Assembly: GCA_934748015.1 (NCBI GenBank)
Contig: CAKVHF010000005.1
Coordinates: 21,707 to 85,706 of the forward strand
Direction of reading: 5' to 3'
Origin: an uncultured Clostridia bacterium
Lineage (GTDB): Bacteria; Bacillota; Clostridia; Christensenellales; UBA1242
Length of the DNA: 64,000 nucleotides
The translations under genes were made by a program, and so were the position numbers. Positions 26,360 to 35,537 of this stretch are shown one piece after another. Each line of letters opens with the position of its first letter. The stretch's first letter is position 1. Under the pieces are notes generated by a model that worked only from the letters and a program-made list of their open reading frames with translations, ran no database searches and was not told the DNA's origin.

Positions 26360-28183
26360 ATGAACAAAGAAATATTACAAAGGATCAAAGAAAAACTGCG
26401 AACTGTTCCAACCACTCCCGGCGTATACCGAATGTTGGATATAGACGGCAACATAATATATGTCGGCAAAGCTGTCAACCTAAAAAGGCGTGTCAGTTCT
26501 TATTTCCTTGCCACAAAAAAACAAGAAAAAGTTGCTCAAATGGTGGAAAAAGTGTATGACTTCGAATATACACTAACCAATTCCGAACTAGAGGCACTTA
26601 ACCTAGAGAGTAACCTTATCCACAAGATCCAACCATTCTATAACATCCTACTTAAGGACGGCAAAGCATTTCCATATATCAAGATAGATATGCGAAAAGA
26701 TTTCCCAGTTATCGAAGTTACTAGAAGGATCTCGAAAGATGGTGCAATGTATTTCGGTCCATACTTCAACAAGATAGACATAAGGTCGCTAACTGACATC
26801 ATAGAGCATACTTTCAAGTTGCGTACATGTAGCAACAATATAACACTGCTCAAGAGATTGCCTCGCCCATGCCTTAACTACGCTATGGGACTATGCTTAG
26901 CACCATGTGTCAACAAGGATATCCATGCCGAGTATATGGAAGAGATCAAGAAAGTTGTTAATTTCCTTAAAGGCAACCTTACTCAAGCAAGAGACATCTT
27001 GCAACAAAAGATGTTAAATGCGTCAAGTCTGCAAATGTACGAAAAAGCACTGGAATACAAAAAACAACTGACGCTGATAGAAAATCTAAAGAGGCTGAAT
27101 ATAACCGAATTAACACAAGACATAGACTTAGATATATTTGGCTATGCAACCAATGGGGAACACTCTTGTATGTCGTTATTGGTTGTGCGTGGTGGCAAAA
27201 TGGTCGGAAGTAGCAACTATTCTATCGTAGATGGCAGTATTGAAGATGACGAAACCAAGACTAACTTTATCACCCAATATTACATTAGCCAAAAGAAGAT
27301 TGCTGACACAATAGTGTGCGACATAGAAGATATCGAGGCATTGTCAACATGGCTAAATGACACCGCTGGCAAAAAGATAAATGTTATTCATCCAAAGACT
27401 AGCATCAAAAAAAGACTGCTAGACATGGCTAACGATAACGCAAAAGAATATTTGACCAAAACAATACAACAAAGTAGCATATATAGTCTAAAGACGCAAG
27501 GTGCAATGGAGACTTTGCAAACCAAATTGGGACTATCTAGACTACCCAGAAGGATCGAGGGTTATGATATATCAAACCTACAAGGCACTAATACTGTTGC
27601 CAGCATGGTAGTCTTTGAGAACGCAACCCCTAACAAAAAACATTATAGGAAGTTCAAGATAGATATCGATCAGCAAAACGACTTCTTTAGCATGAACAAC
27701 GTAATATCACGTAGATTTACCGAGTATCGCAAAGGCGAAGATGTTAGTTTTGCTAAAATGCCCGATCTAGTATTGATAGATGGCGGACTAGGACAGTTGC
27801 ACAAAGCCTATGAAGCACTAAAATCTAACGGCATCAATGTCGACATTGTGTCATTAGCCAAAAGAGATGAGTTAATATACACTATCCACTCTTCCAAGCC
27901 TGTGCAGTTAGCCAAAAGTGACTATGCATTGAAATTGTTACAAAACGTCCGAGACGAAAGTCATAGATTTGCAATAACATTCCAGCGATCACTGAGAAAA
28001 AACACTATGGGTAGCGAACTGGAAAAAGTAAGTGGCTTAAGCAACATCGCAATTAACAATCTTGTCGCTCATTTCAAAAGCACTAAAGCAATCAAAACTG
28101 CAAGCATAGACGAGTTAACCGCAGTCAGCGGAATAGGCAACATAACCGCCCGCAAGATATTTGATTATTTTCACAAAGGTTGA
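26360..28183 (+). CDS. uvrC: excinuclease ABC subunit C
   Basis: GIY-YIG (PGVYRMLD..IIYVGKA), UVR domain, endonuclease V-like region and C-terminal HhH2. Start set to ATG 26360. Confidence 0.93.
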   Translation: MNKEILQRIKEKLRTVPTTPGVYRMLDIDGNIIYVGKAVNLKRRVSSYFLATKKQEKVAQMVEKVYDFEYTLTNSELEALNLESNLIHKIQPFYNILLKDGKAFPYIKIDMRKDFPVIEVTRRISKDGAMYFGPYFNKIDIRSLTDIIEHTFKLRTCSNNITLLKRLPRPCLNYAMGLCLAPCVNKDIHAEYMEEIKKVVNFLKGNLTQARDILQQKMLNASSLQMYEKALEYKKQLTLIENLKRLNITELTQDIDLDIFGYATNGEHSCMSLLVVRGGKMVGSSNYSIVDGSIEDDETKTNFITQYYISQKKIADTIVCDIEDIEALSTWLNDTAGKKINVIHPKTSIKKRLLDMANDNAKEYLTKTIQQSSIYSLKTQGAMETLQTKLGLSRLPRRIEGYDISNLQGTNTVASMVVFENATPNKKHYRKFKIDIDQQNDFFSMNNVISRRFTEYRKGEDVSFAKMPDLVLIDGGLGQLHKAYEALKSNGINVDIVSLAKRDELIYTIHSSKPVQLAKSDYALKLLQNVRDESHRFAITFQRSLRKNTMGSELEKVSGLSNIAINNLVAHFKSTKAIKTASIDELTAVSGIGNITARKIFDYFHKG

Positions 28184-28285
28184 TTATTAACACAAAAGTT
28201 ATTTATTGTCACAAACCCACAAATAAAACAAAATAAAATTATGAATAAATTATAATCATATAAAACTAATATTAACAAAAAAAAT

Positions 28286-28329
28286 AAGATATGCGAATAA
28301 TTGTAAATTTCACATATCTTGTTTTTTTT
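28286..28329 (+). terminator. intrinsic terminator of uvrC
   Basis: AAGATATG / CATATCTT stem followed by GT8. Confidence 0.6.
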
Positions 28330-28450
28330 CTAATTAATCTAACACTACCCACCTGACGTAACAAACAATACTGCGATTGCATATATACTATTATCTAATA
28401 TTGTTTTGCTATACTATCAAAAAAACTTTTTTGAAAACAGGGAGAACAAA

Positions 28451-28615
28451 ATGAATTTATTTTCCAACGATATTTTATTGGTTTTGCTAATATCCATATT
28501 GTCGTCTTCGACCGAAACCGACCTAAATACTAACTCCAACTTTCTATTACTACTGCTATTGATACTCTCCACCAACAACAATAACAACAACTCTTGTTGT
28601 AACTGTGGTATCTAG
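28451..28615 (+). CDS. candidate 54-aa hydrophobic peptide with Asn-run and CCNCG C-terminus
   Basis: GGGAGAA SD lies 6-7 nt before the ATG, and TGcTATACT (extended -10-like) lies upstream. MNLFSNDILLVLLISILSSSTETDLNTNSNFLLLLLLILSTNNNNNNSCCNCGI. I recognise no homologue. Confidence 0.3.
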   Translation: MNLFSNDILLVLLISILSSSTETDLNTNSNFLLLLLLILSTNNNNNNSCCNCGI

Positions 28616-28619
28616 TCAG

Positions 28620-30098
28620 TTATGCACGGTTCCATAGACATCCAGAATATGTGCTTGTTAGATATGTTGCATTAGCACTTGGATCGTTTAAATCAAGTTT
28701 AATTGTAGATCCAGATGAAAGATCTTGCACTGTCCAGCCCTTAGGATTGCTAAAAGTAACGCTTGTAAGAGAACTATCTACAAATGTACTAGGTGCCAAT
28801 TGTTTAACACCTGCTGGGATTGTAAATGTTTTCAAATTGGTTGTATCATTAAATGCAGCAACTCCAATAGAAGTTATACTATCTGGCATATTGATGCTAC
28901 TTAGTTTTGAGCAACCCCTGAATGCGGCATCACCAATTTGTGTTATTCCGTCACCAAGTGTTACACTAGTAAGATTGGTACAACCCTCAAATTCGGAAGA
29001 ATTTAGACTGACAAAAGTCTTTGGAAGCACAATAGTTTGGATTGTTGTGTTGCCTTTGAAATAAATAGTAGAAGAATCATATTGAAATATTCCAACAACT
29101 TCTCCAGTAGTACTGCCTATTTTTACAACATCAGGAACAATGATATTTGTGGCAGTTCCACTATACATAGGATCTGAAACGCTTCCTACATAAAAATTGC
29201 TTCCATCGCTAAAGTAACTTAATCCACTAGTCGCAGTTTCAAACTTAGGATACAACTTAGTTGTTTCAGTTATAACCATTGGAAAGTTTGCCTTAGAAGT
29301 TAGCCCAGAATTAGTATACCAACCTGTGAAGCATTTGCTCTCAACCATTGGATATACTGCAGGCTCAACATTCTCGACACCTACCATAAGATCAATCTTG
29401 TTTACTGCATCTGCGTTATAAAATCCTGTCTGAGAAGTATTGACATTGACAATGCTATTTCCGCTACCTGTAGAATCGACAGTGGCAGATGTACCCTTAG
29501 CTAGATCCCAGCCAAAGTCACCCTGGAAATCCACATCGGCTAGCAAATCATGTATAGCAACCATAACATATACATATCTAGTTGAACTAACTGGCAATGC
29601 TTGCTTGTTGAAGGTAGTTGATGTACTAGAGGCATTGCTACCCAGTTGTGTTGTAGATGTCATGTATGTAATATCTACATTGTTATTAACATCGCTTGGG
29701 ATCATAATTGTATTATCTGCATTAAGCAACTGATCTATTGTTGCAGGAATGCTAGAGGACAAGTTGGTGAATTTGTATTCATACACAATTCTGCTATTTG
29801 TCTTATCTAGAGTAACCTCTGTTGCGTTTTGGTCAAGTGAGCCAGAAGTCTTATTGGCATCCAGTTCGATAGATGTTGCATTGCCATTACTCTTATCTAC
29901 CATGTCTGTTCCAGTTGAGCCTATATAGTATTTTGCTTCAACCCTAACATTAACATCACTACTAGTGTACTTAACATGTACCTTAGATTCTGCACTTTGG
30001 TTGCCAGCAACTAGCACCACAATAAGTGTACCTGTGACAGCCACTATAGCCACTGCAATGACAATAACCAAAGCCAACATTTTTTTACTACTTGTCAT
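28620..30098 (-). CDS. membrane-anchored surface protein, paralogue 3
   Basis: TM anchor, VKYTSSDVNVRVEAKYYIGS, IVYEYKFTNLS, RYVYVMVAI, FQGDFGWDLAKG, CFTGWYT...LYPKF, short LRR region. Tail is GWTV...LWNRA. Start set to ATG 30098 (AGGAGAA SD). Confidence 0.8.
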   Translation of the reverse strand: MTSSKKMLALVIVIAVAIVAVTGTLIVVLVAGNQSAESKVHVKYTSSDVNVRVEAKYYIGSTGTDMVDKSNGNATSIELDANKTSGSLDQNATEVTLDKTNSRIVYEYKFTNLSSSIPATIDQLLNADNTIMIPSDVNNNVDITYMTSTTQLGSNASSTSTTFNKQALPVSSTRYVYVMVAIHDLLADVDFQGDFGWDLAKGTSATVDSTGSGNSIVNVNTSQTGFYNADAVNKIDLMVGVENVEPAVYPMVESKCFTGWYTNSGLTSKANFPMVITETTKLYPKFETATSGLSYFSDGSNFYVGSVSDPMYSGTATNIIVPDVVKIGSTTGEVVGIFQYDSSTIYFKGNTTIQTIVLPKTFVSLNSSEFEGCTNLTSVTLGDGITQIGDAAFRGCSKLSSINMPDSITSIGVAAFNDTTNLKTFTIPAGVKQLAPSTFVDSSLTSVTFSNPKGWTVQDLSSGSTIKLDLNDPSANATYLTSTYSGCLWNRA

Positions 30099-30342
30099 TT
30101 TTTCATTTCTCCTGCATTGATTATATTTACTTTTATCCTTAACTATATTATTAGTATTCTCTCTAAACAATATAATTGTATAACAATTTGATAAATTTAC
30201 AAAACAAATTATTATATTAATACCAAAAAAATAGCAACCTATGACCTTTAATAAAAATTATTTTTAAAAATCAAAATCAGTTGCTATTTTTTTATTGTGT
30301 TTTAGTTATCTTGTTATAGTATTTCTACAATAAGACACTTAT

Positions 30343-31020
30343 TTATTTTATATTGTCCGCTATATCTGTGGTTGAACCTATCTTGTTGTGTACAACAATT
30401 GGCTGTTTTCTCTTGCGGACATTGACAATTATGATATATGCCACAAAAAATAATATCGCTCCCAACATATCTGCCATTAGGTCATAAATGGTGTCTCTAA
30501 TTGCTTCGTGACCCACCAATGCCCCGCCATCTAGTCCTGTATGCCTCTGACTATTAAGTCCCAAGATCTCATCTGACCAGAACTCCCAGAACTCCCACAA
30601 TACACCCGCCATAGTTGCAAAAGATATTGTAAATAGTGCAATAAATAGTTTGTTATCCTTCTTATCCTTAGCAATCACTCTGTATAGATACAGACCGAAA
30701 GCCCCCAAAAGTACACCGCTGGAAGCATGCAAGACTGTGTCATATATAGATATGATGTCATATAGTCCGTATATTGTTCCGCCCAGTGTTGTGCACCATA
30801 CAAATACAATATATGATATGCTTATGTAATTAGGTAGTCGCCACCTGAAGATCCAAAGTAGCAAATATGGAACAAAACATAACAGAACGAACACTCCTGT
30901 CATCATCATTTTGAAGTCAGTATACAACTTAGGGATACACAAAAGCACAATCACTGTCGCAACCGCAAGTATGACCGAAATGGTCGTAAAAATAAACAAA
31001 GTTGAGATTTTTCTTTTCAT
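30343..31020 (-). CDS. integral membrane protein of unknown function
   Basis: 225 aa with about 6 TM segments. Conserved-looking YDTVLHASSG and WEFWEFWSDE..GHEAIRDT..D motifs suggest a metal- or substrate-binding membrane fold. I cannot name a family confidently. Confidence 0.55.
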   Translation of the reverse strand: MKRKISTLFIFTTISVILAVATVIVLLCIPKLYTDFKMMMTGVFVLLCFVPYLLLWIFRWRLPNYISISYIVFVWCTTLGGTIYGLYDIISIYDTVLHASSGVLLGAFGLYLYRVIAKDKKDNKLFIALFTISFATMAGVLWEFWEFWSDEILGLNSQRHTGLDGGALVGHEAIRDTIYDLMADMLGAILFFVAYIIIVNVRKRKQPIVVHNKIGSTTDIADNIK

Positions 31021-31191
31021 AAAAAAACAAGATCCTTATAATAACTAGTGTGTGAAAATTGTTGTTAAAATATTTTATAAAATTTCACCCTTTATAATTT
31101 TATTTTAACAAAAAATTTATTATATTCCAACTAATTATTAATATGGATCTTGTTTGTATTTTTTGGTAAATTACATTAATTTTTCTAAGAT

Positions 31192-32265
31192 TTATTTGGT
31201 ATCCAGTTTCTCTAGTTTTGCTTTCTGGTCAGCAATTCTTAGATTTTCGATCAAATTATCAATATTGCCATCTAGGAAACTCTGTAGATTGTACTCGGTA
31301 TAATTGATACGGTGATCGGTCAATCTGCCTTGTGGATAGTTGTATGTTCTTATTCTCTCACTTCTATCGCCTGTTCCTACTTGGTTACGTCTATTCTCTG
31401 CATACTCGCTATCTTTCTGCATCTGATAATAGTCATATAGTTTGCTCTTCAATACCTTGAACGCTTTTTCCTTATTCTTGGTCTGAGACCTCTCGTCCTG
31501 ACAACATACTACAATTCCTGTAGGGAAGTGTGTGATACGGATAGCACTATCTGTTGTGTTAACATGCTGACCACCTGCACCAGATGATCTATAAGTATCA
31601 ATCTTGATATCCTTGTCATTGATCTCTACATCTACATCCTCGTGTTCTGGTAGAACTGCAACAGTAGATGTTGAGGTGTGTATTCTTCCGCTACTCTCTG
31701 TCTCTGGAACACGTTGTACACGATGTACACCGCTCTCGTACTTCAATTTGCTGAACGCACCCAAGCCCTTAACCATAAAAGATACTTCTTTAATTCCGTT
31801 AAGTTCGGTTTCGTTCATATCCAATACTTCGACCTTCCAGTGCATCTTCTCGGCATACATACTGTACATTCTAAATAGCACGCTACAGAATAGACTTGAC
31901 TCCTCACCACCTGCACCGCTACGGATCTCCATAATAACGTTGTTGTCATCATCAACATCCTTAGGTAGTAACAAAATTTTGATTTCTTCCTCTAGTTTTG
32001 CTAACTCTTTCTTGTTCTCCTTGATTTCTTCTTCCAACAATTCACTCATCTCAGAGTCTTTCTCGGTCTTAAGTAGTTCTTCAGCACTATCGATATCTCC
32101 AACCAACTTAGCATACTTGTCATACGCTTGCGCAATAGGTTCTAGCATCGAATACTCTTTGGCTAGCTTAGTATATTCTTTCATATCCGCAATAATGGCT
32201 GGATCTACTAGGCTGGCACTAAGTTGAAGATATTTATCTTTGATTGTTTTCAATTTATCTAACAT
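31192..32265 (-). CDS. prfA: peptide chain release factor 1
   Basis: GGQ motif SGAGGQHVNTTDSA. RF1-type PxT tripeptide region RVPETESSGRIHTS. Confidence 0.95.
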   Translation of the reverse strand: MLDKLKTIKDKYLQLSASLVDPAIIADMKEYTKLAKEYSMLEPIAQAYDKYAKLVGDIDSAEELLKTEKDSEMSELLEEEIKENKKELAKLEEEIKILLLPKDVDDDNNVIMEIRSGAGGEESSLFCSVLFRMYSMYAEKMHWKVEVLDMNETELNGIKEVSFMVKGLGAFSKLKYESGVHRVQRVPETESSGRIHTSTSTVAVLPEHEDVDVEINDKDIKIDTYRSSGAGGQHVNTTDSAIRITHFPTGIVVCCQDERSQTKNKEKAFKVLKSKLYDYYQMQKDSEYAENRRNQVGTGDRSERIRTYNYPQGRLTDHRINYTEYNLQSFLDGNIDNLIENLRIADQKAKLEKLDTK

Positions 32266-32341
32266 TTCTTTTTCTCCTATAATATATACTTTTTAATTTG
32301 TTCGTTAAATTTGTTTTTTTCAAAAGTTGTTTTTGCTTTTG

Positions 32342-33160
32342 CTACAAATTTTTGCCAGCAACAATTATTCTGTCATTATTGCTATAATCCTTAATAACCT
32401 CAATATTGTTGAAATTATTAAGCAACAATTTGCTTACATCATCGCCTTGGTTGTAACCCACCTCGACAAATAACTTGCCATTGTCGTTAAGATAGTCTTT
32501 GGCTTGATCTGCCAAAACTTTGTAATAATATAGTCCGTTCTCTTTAGCAACCAATGCTCGTTTTGGGTCGTTATTTTTAACCAATTTGTCTAGTGTCTTA
32601 TATTCTGATCTGCTAATGTATGGTGGATTGCACACTATTATGTCGTACTTCTCTGTGATATCATCAAACATGTCTGTCTTAACCACTTCCACCTTTACAC
32701 CGTTAAGCTTTGCATTGGATCTACACTGCTTAACCGCTCTAAATGATATATCCGCACATGTCACTTCCGTATCCGTTCTTGCCTTAGCAATAGCAATGCC
32801 AATGCAACCGCTTCCGCTACATAGATCTAGAACACGACACCTCTTGTGGTTGATATTTTCTAGTATCTTCTCCACCAGCAGTTCGGTTTCTAGCCTTGGG
32901 GTAAGTGTGTGCTTGCTATATGGGATGTAACAATTGTAGAACATACTATAGCCTAGCAATTTCTGAACCGGGCAGCCCTTGATGTGCTTACTCATCAACT
33001 TAACAATTTTGCTAGCCTGCTTATCACTAATGTTGCTAAAAGGATTGATGTCTTCCTTGACACCCATAACATGCTTAGATATTAAGTTGAAATCCGAACA
33101 CAAATCACTATGGTCACGGCACATTGCAACACATTGTTTCTTAAGAGTGTGTAGTTCCAC
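32342..33160 (-). CDS. prmC: release-factor glutamine methyltransferase
   Basis: PRLETE, DLCSGSGCIGIA and NPPYI motifs. GTG start with a GGGGGT SD. It lies upstream of prfA, the reverse of the Bacillus order. Confidence 0.85.
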   Translation of the reverse strand: MELHTLKKQCVAMCRDHSDLCSDFNLISKHVMGVKEDINPFSNISDKQASKIVKLMSKHIKGCPVQKLLGYSMFYNCYIPYSKHTLTPRLETELLVEKILENINHKRCRVLDLCSGSGCIGIAIAKARTDTEVTCADISFRAVKQCRSNAKLNGVKVEVVKTDMFDDITEKYDIIVCNPPYISRSEYKTLDKLVKNNDPKRALVAKENGLYYYKVLADQAKDYLNDNGKLFVEVGYNQGDDVSKLLLNNFNNIEVIKDYSNNDRIIVAGKNL

Positions 33161-33246
33161 TTTTGGTTACCCCCATCCAAAGCCATAAAAAATACTCATA
33201 CTATTTGTGTCCAATTTTCTCTATTTTGGTCACAAATTATATGAGT

Positions 33247-33324
33247 TAAAAAAAGTAGGTTGAAGAAAAAGTCTTTCGTGCTAAACACTTTTGTGTTTTG
33301 CAAGAAATGTATCTCTAACCTACT
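33247..33324 (-). terminator. rpmE terminator with an unusually large, internally structured loop
   Basis: Outer stem AGTAGGTT / AACCTACT is followed by a U-run on the minus strand and encloses about 55 nt, including an AAACAC-tttt-GTGTTT hairpin. Confidence 0.45.
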
Positions 33325-33333
33325 ATATTTTTA

Positions 33334-33540
33334 CTAATCAAGATTGTATTTCTTCTTGAACTTGTCTACTCTACCAGCTGTATCTACTAGCTTTTGTTTT
33401 CCAGAGTAGAATGGGTGACATTGGTCACAAACTTCAATTCTCAATGTATCGCCTTTGATTGTAGAACCTGTAGTAAACTTGTTACCGCATCCACAAACAA
33501 CTTCGACTTTGTGATAATCTGGATGTATATTCTCTTTCAT
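33334..33540 (-). CDS. rpmE: 50S ribosomal protein L31 (zinc-binding type)
   Basis: [22 protein letters not shown]...[13 protein letters not shown]. Confidence 0.95.
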   Translation of the reverse strand: MKENIHPDYHKVEVVCGCGNKFTTGSTIKGDTLRIEVCDQCHPFYSGKQKLVDTAGRVDKFKKKYNLD

Positions 33541-33663
33541 TTCATTACCTCAAAAAAATTATTTTGCTAGACTATTATACTTAAAAATACCCTCCAAGTC
33601 AATACAATTTGTCAAGATATTAATTTTTTTAAGATAATTTTGCACCCAAAATTGCTTGTGATA

Positions 33664-35031
33664 TCAAAAATCTCGCAAAAGTTGTGGCATATCCCCTGCA
33701 CCCATAAGCACAATACAATCATATTTCTTATGTCTACTGCACTCGCACACTCTATCCCTTACGGCTTGTGTATCATTGACAATATATTTGTCCTTATTGG
33801 TAATTGCGTTATACAATGTCTTCTCGTCACCAGAGGCATCATATCTCTCCCTAGCAGGATATGTAGGATAGATTATAACCGTCTTGGCATCGGCAAAACA
33901 CTTAGCAAATTCGTCTAATAGTATCTTGGTTCGAGAATATGTATGTGGCTGAAACACAACCAAAATGTTATTAAAATGTGACTTAAGTCCACGCAAACTA
34001 CTGCTTATCTCTGTAGGGTGATGTGCATAATCACTAATAATCGGGATACTGCCAAATGCTGACACCCTCTCGTATCTTCGCTCCACACCCTTATATGTCT
34101 TAAGTGCCTTTTTGATAGTCCTAGGGCTGATACCATATAATAGTGCGACAGAGATTGCAAAAACTGCATTTCTAACATTGTGCTTGCCGTATTGATTTAG
34201 CCTAAATTTACCCAAATTTTTGCCAAAAGCGGATGTCTTGAACACATAGCCGTAGTCTTTCTGAGTGATATCATAGGCATACACATCCTGCTTGGCATTT
34301 AGCCCTGCACTAACAAGGTTGTTAGTCCTATACTTCCACCTTAGCAATCTTTCACTACCCACAACTACATTGTCTTTGGTTTTATGATCCAGTCGCTGAA
34401 ATGCAGAAATAAGATTTTTCTTAGTCTTGTAATAATCTAAATGGTCGTTGTCAATATTGGTGATAACCGTTGTATTGGGATTAAGTGTCCCCATGCTATC
34501 TCTATACTCGCATGCTTCGGTCACAAACACACCTTTGCCACCCAGTCTAAGTGCACCAAAGTTGAGTGATGTTCCGCCCAAATGCACTGTTGGGTTTAAT
34601 TTTGCCACTGCAAAAATATGTCCGATCATGGCAGTTGTTGAGGTCTTGCCATGTGAGCCACTAACCGCAATAACATTGTCATAACTACTAGCAAGCATTG
34701 CTAGATACTCCGACCTCTCCATGGTTGGGATGCCAAGTTTCCTTGCAGTGACCAACTCTATATTACGCTTATCAACCGCACCCGAATACACAACTAGGTC
34801 GCAACCCTCTGGGATATTGCTGTCAAGATGTCCAATATGTATGCCGACACCCTCCCTCTGCAGGTTATACGAACATATGGTTGTAACCACATCCGACCCA
34901 GATACAGTCATCCCCAGATCCATGCTTAACCTTGCCAAAGCACTGACACTTACACCACCAATTCCTACAAAATGTACCTTTTTTATTTTTTCGAAATTTG
35001 TATTATTTTGTACTATATCTTTATTTTCCAT
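33664..35031 (-). CDS. murC: UDP-N-acetylmuramate--L-alanine ligase
   Basis: VHFVGIGGVSVSALA, VSGSHGKTSTTAM P-loop, and the Mur ligase middle and C-terminal pattern. Confidence 0.92.
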   Translation of the reverse strand: MENKDIVQNNTNFEKIKKVHFVGIGGVSVSALARLSMDLGMTVSGSDVVTTICSYNLQREGVGIHIGHLDSNIPEGCDLVVYSGAVDKRNIELVTARKLGIPTMERSEYLAMLASSYDNVIAVSGSHGKTSTTAMIGHIFAVAKLNPTVHLGGTSLNFGALRLGGKGVFVTEACEYRDSMGTLNPNTTVITNIDNDHLDYYKTKKNLISAFQRLDHKTKDNVVVGSERLLRWKYRTNNLVSAGLNAKQDVYAYDITQKDYGYVFKTSAFGKNLGKFRLNQYGKHNVRNAVFAISVALLYGISPRTIKKALKTYKGVERRYERVSAFGSIPIISDYAHHPTEISSSLRGLKSHFNNILVVFQPHTYSRTKILLDEFAKCFADAKTVIIYPTYPARERYDASGDEKTLYNAITNKDKYIVNDTQAVRDRVCECSRHKKYDCIVLMGAGDMPQLLRDF

Positions 35032-35124
35032 AAAATATTATATGAAAATAGTGCAAAAAAGTTGTAGAAAAAGCACAAATAGTTTATAATTAGTGTGTAA
35101 TTTCGAAAGAAGGAGAATACAAGA

Positions 35125-35394
35125 GTGAATATTTCAGACATCAGAATTAGATTATTGCAAAAGGACGACAGCAAATTGAAAGCTGTTGCTTCTATGACAA
35201 TCGATGATTGTTTTGTTGTTCATGACATCAAGATCTTAGAAGGTAACCAAGGATATTTCGTAAGAATGCCATCTAGACAGACTGGCGAAGGCGAATACAA
35301 AGATATCGCTCATCCTCTTAATACACCTACTAGAGACGAAATTAGCAGATTGATCCTAGCTAAATTTGATGAAGAGATGAAAAACAATCAATAG
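35125..35394 (+). CDS. spoVG: septation protein SpoVG
   Basis: (GTG start) MNISDIRIRLLQKDDSKLKAVASMTIDDCFVVHDIKILEGNQGYFVRMPSR. AAGGAGAA SD. Confidence 0.92.
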   Translation: MNISDIRIRLLQKDDSKLKAVASMTIDDCFVVHDIKILEGNQGYFVRMPSRQTGEGEYKDIAHPLNTPTRDEISRLILAKFDEEMKNNQ

Positions 35395-35466
35395 TTGTTT
35401 TAGTAAAAAAATCTAACAAAAAACAAAAATTTTAATCTTATCTAATATATTTACTTAAGAAAAATT

Positions 35467-35505
35467 GCCAGCAAACTTTTTCATTAATTTTTTGCTGGCT
35501 TTTTT
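35467..35505 (+). terminator. intrinsic terminator of spoVG
   Basis: GCCAGCAAA / TTTGCTGGC stem followed by T6. Confidence 0.75.
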
Positions 35506-35537
35506 GTTATTATGGCAATTTTCTTAATATTATCGGA

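Noticed and set aside
31690-31700. RF1 tripeptide reads PET rather than PAT/PVT
   Set aside because: The middle residue of the PxT motif is variable among RF1 proteins, and the rest of the protein is canonical.
31604-32227. 207-aa ORF antisense to prfA, and similar long antisense ORFs at 766-1245, 10529-11008, 11391-11825, 46262-46924 and 47681-48190
   Set aside because: They lie entirely inside well-supported genes on the opposite strand. Their Ser/Leu/Ile-rich low-complexity translations are typical of the reverse frames of AT-rich genes. They have no SD and no recognisable motifs.
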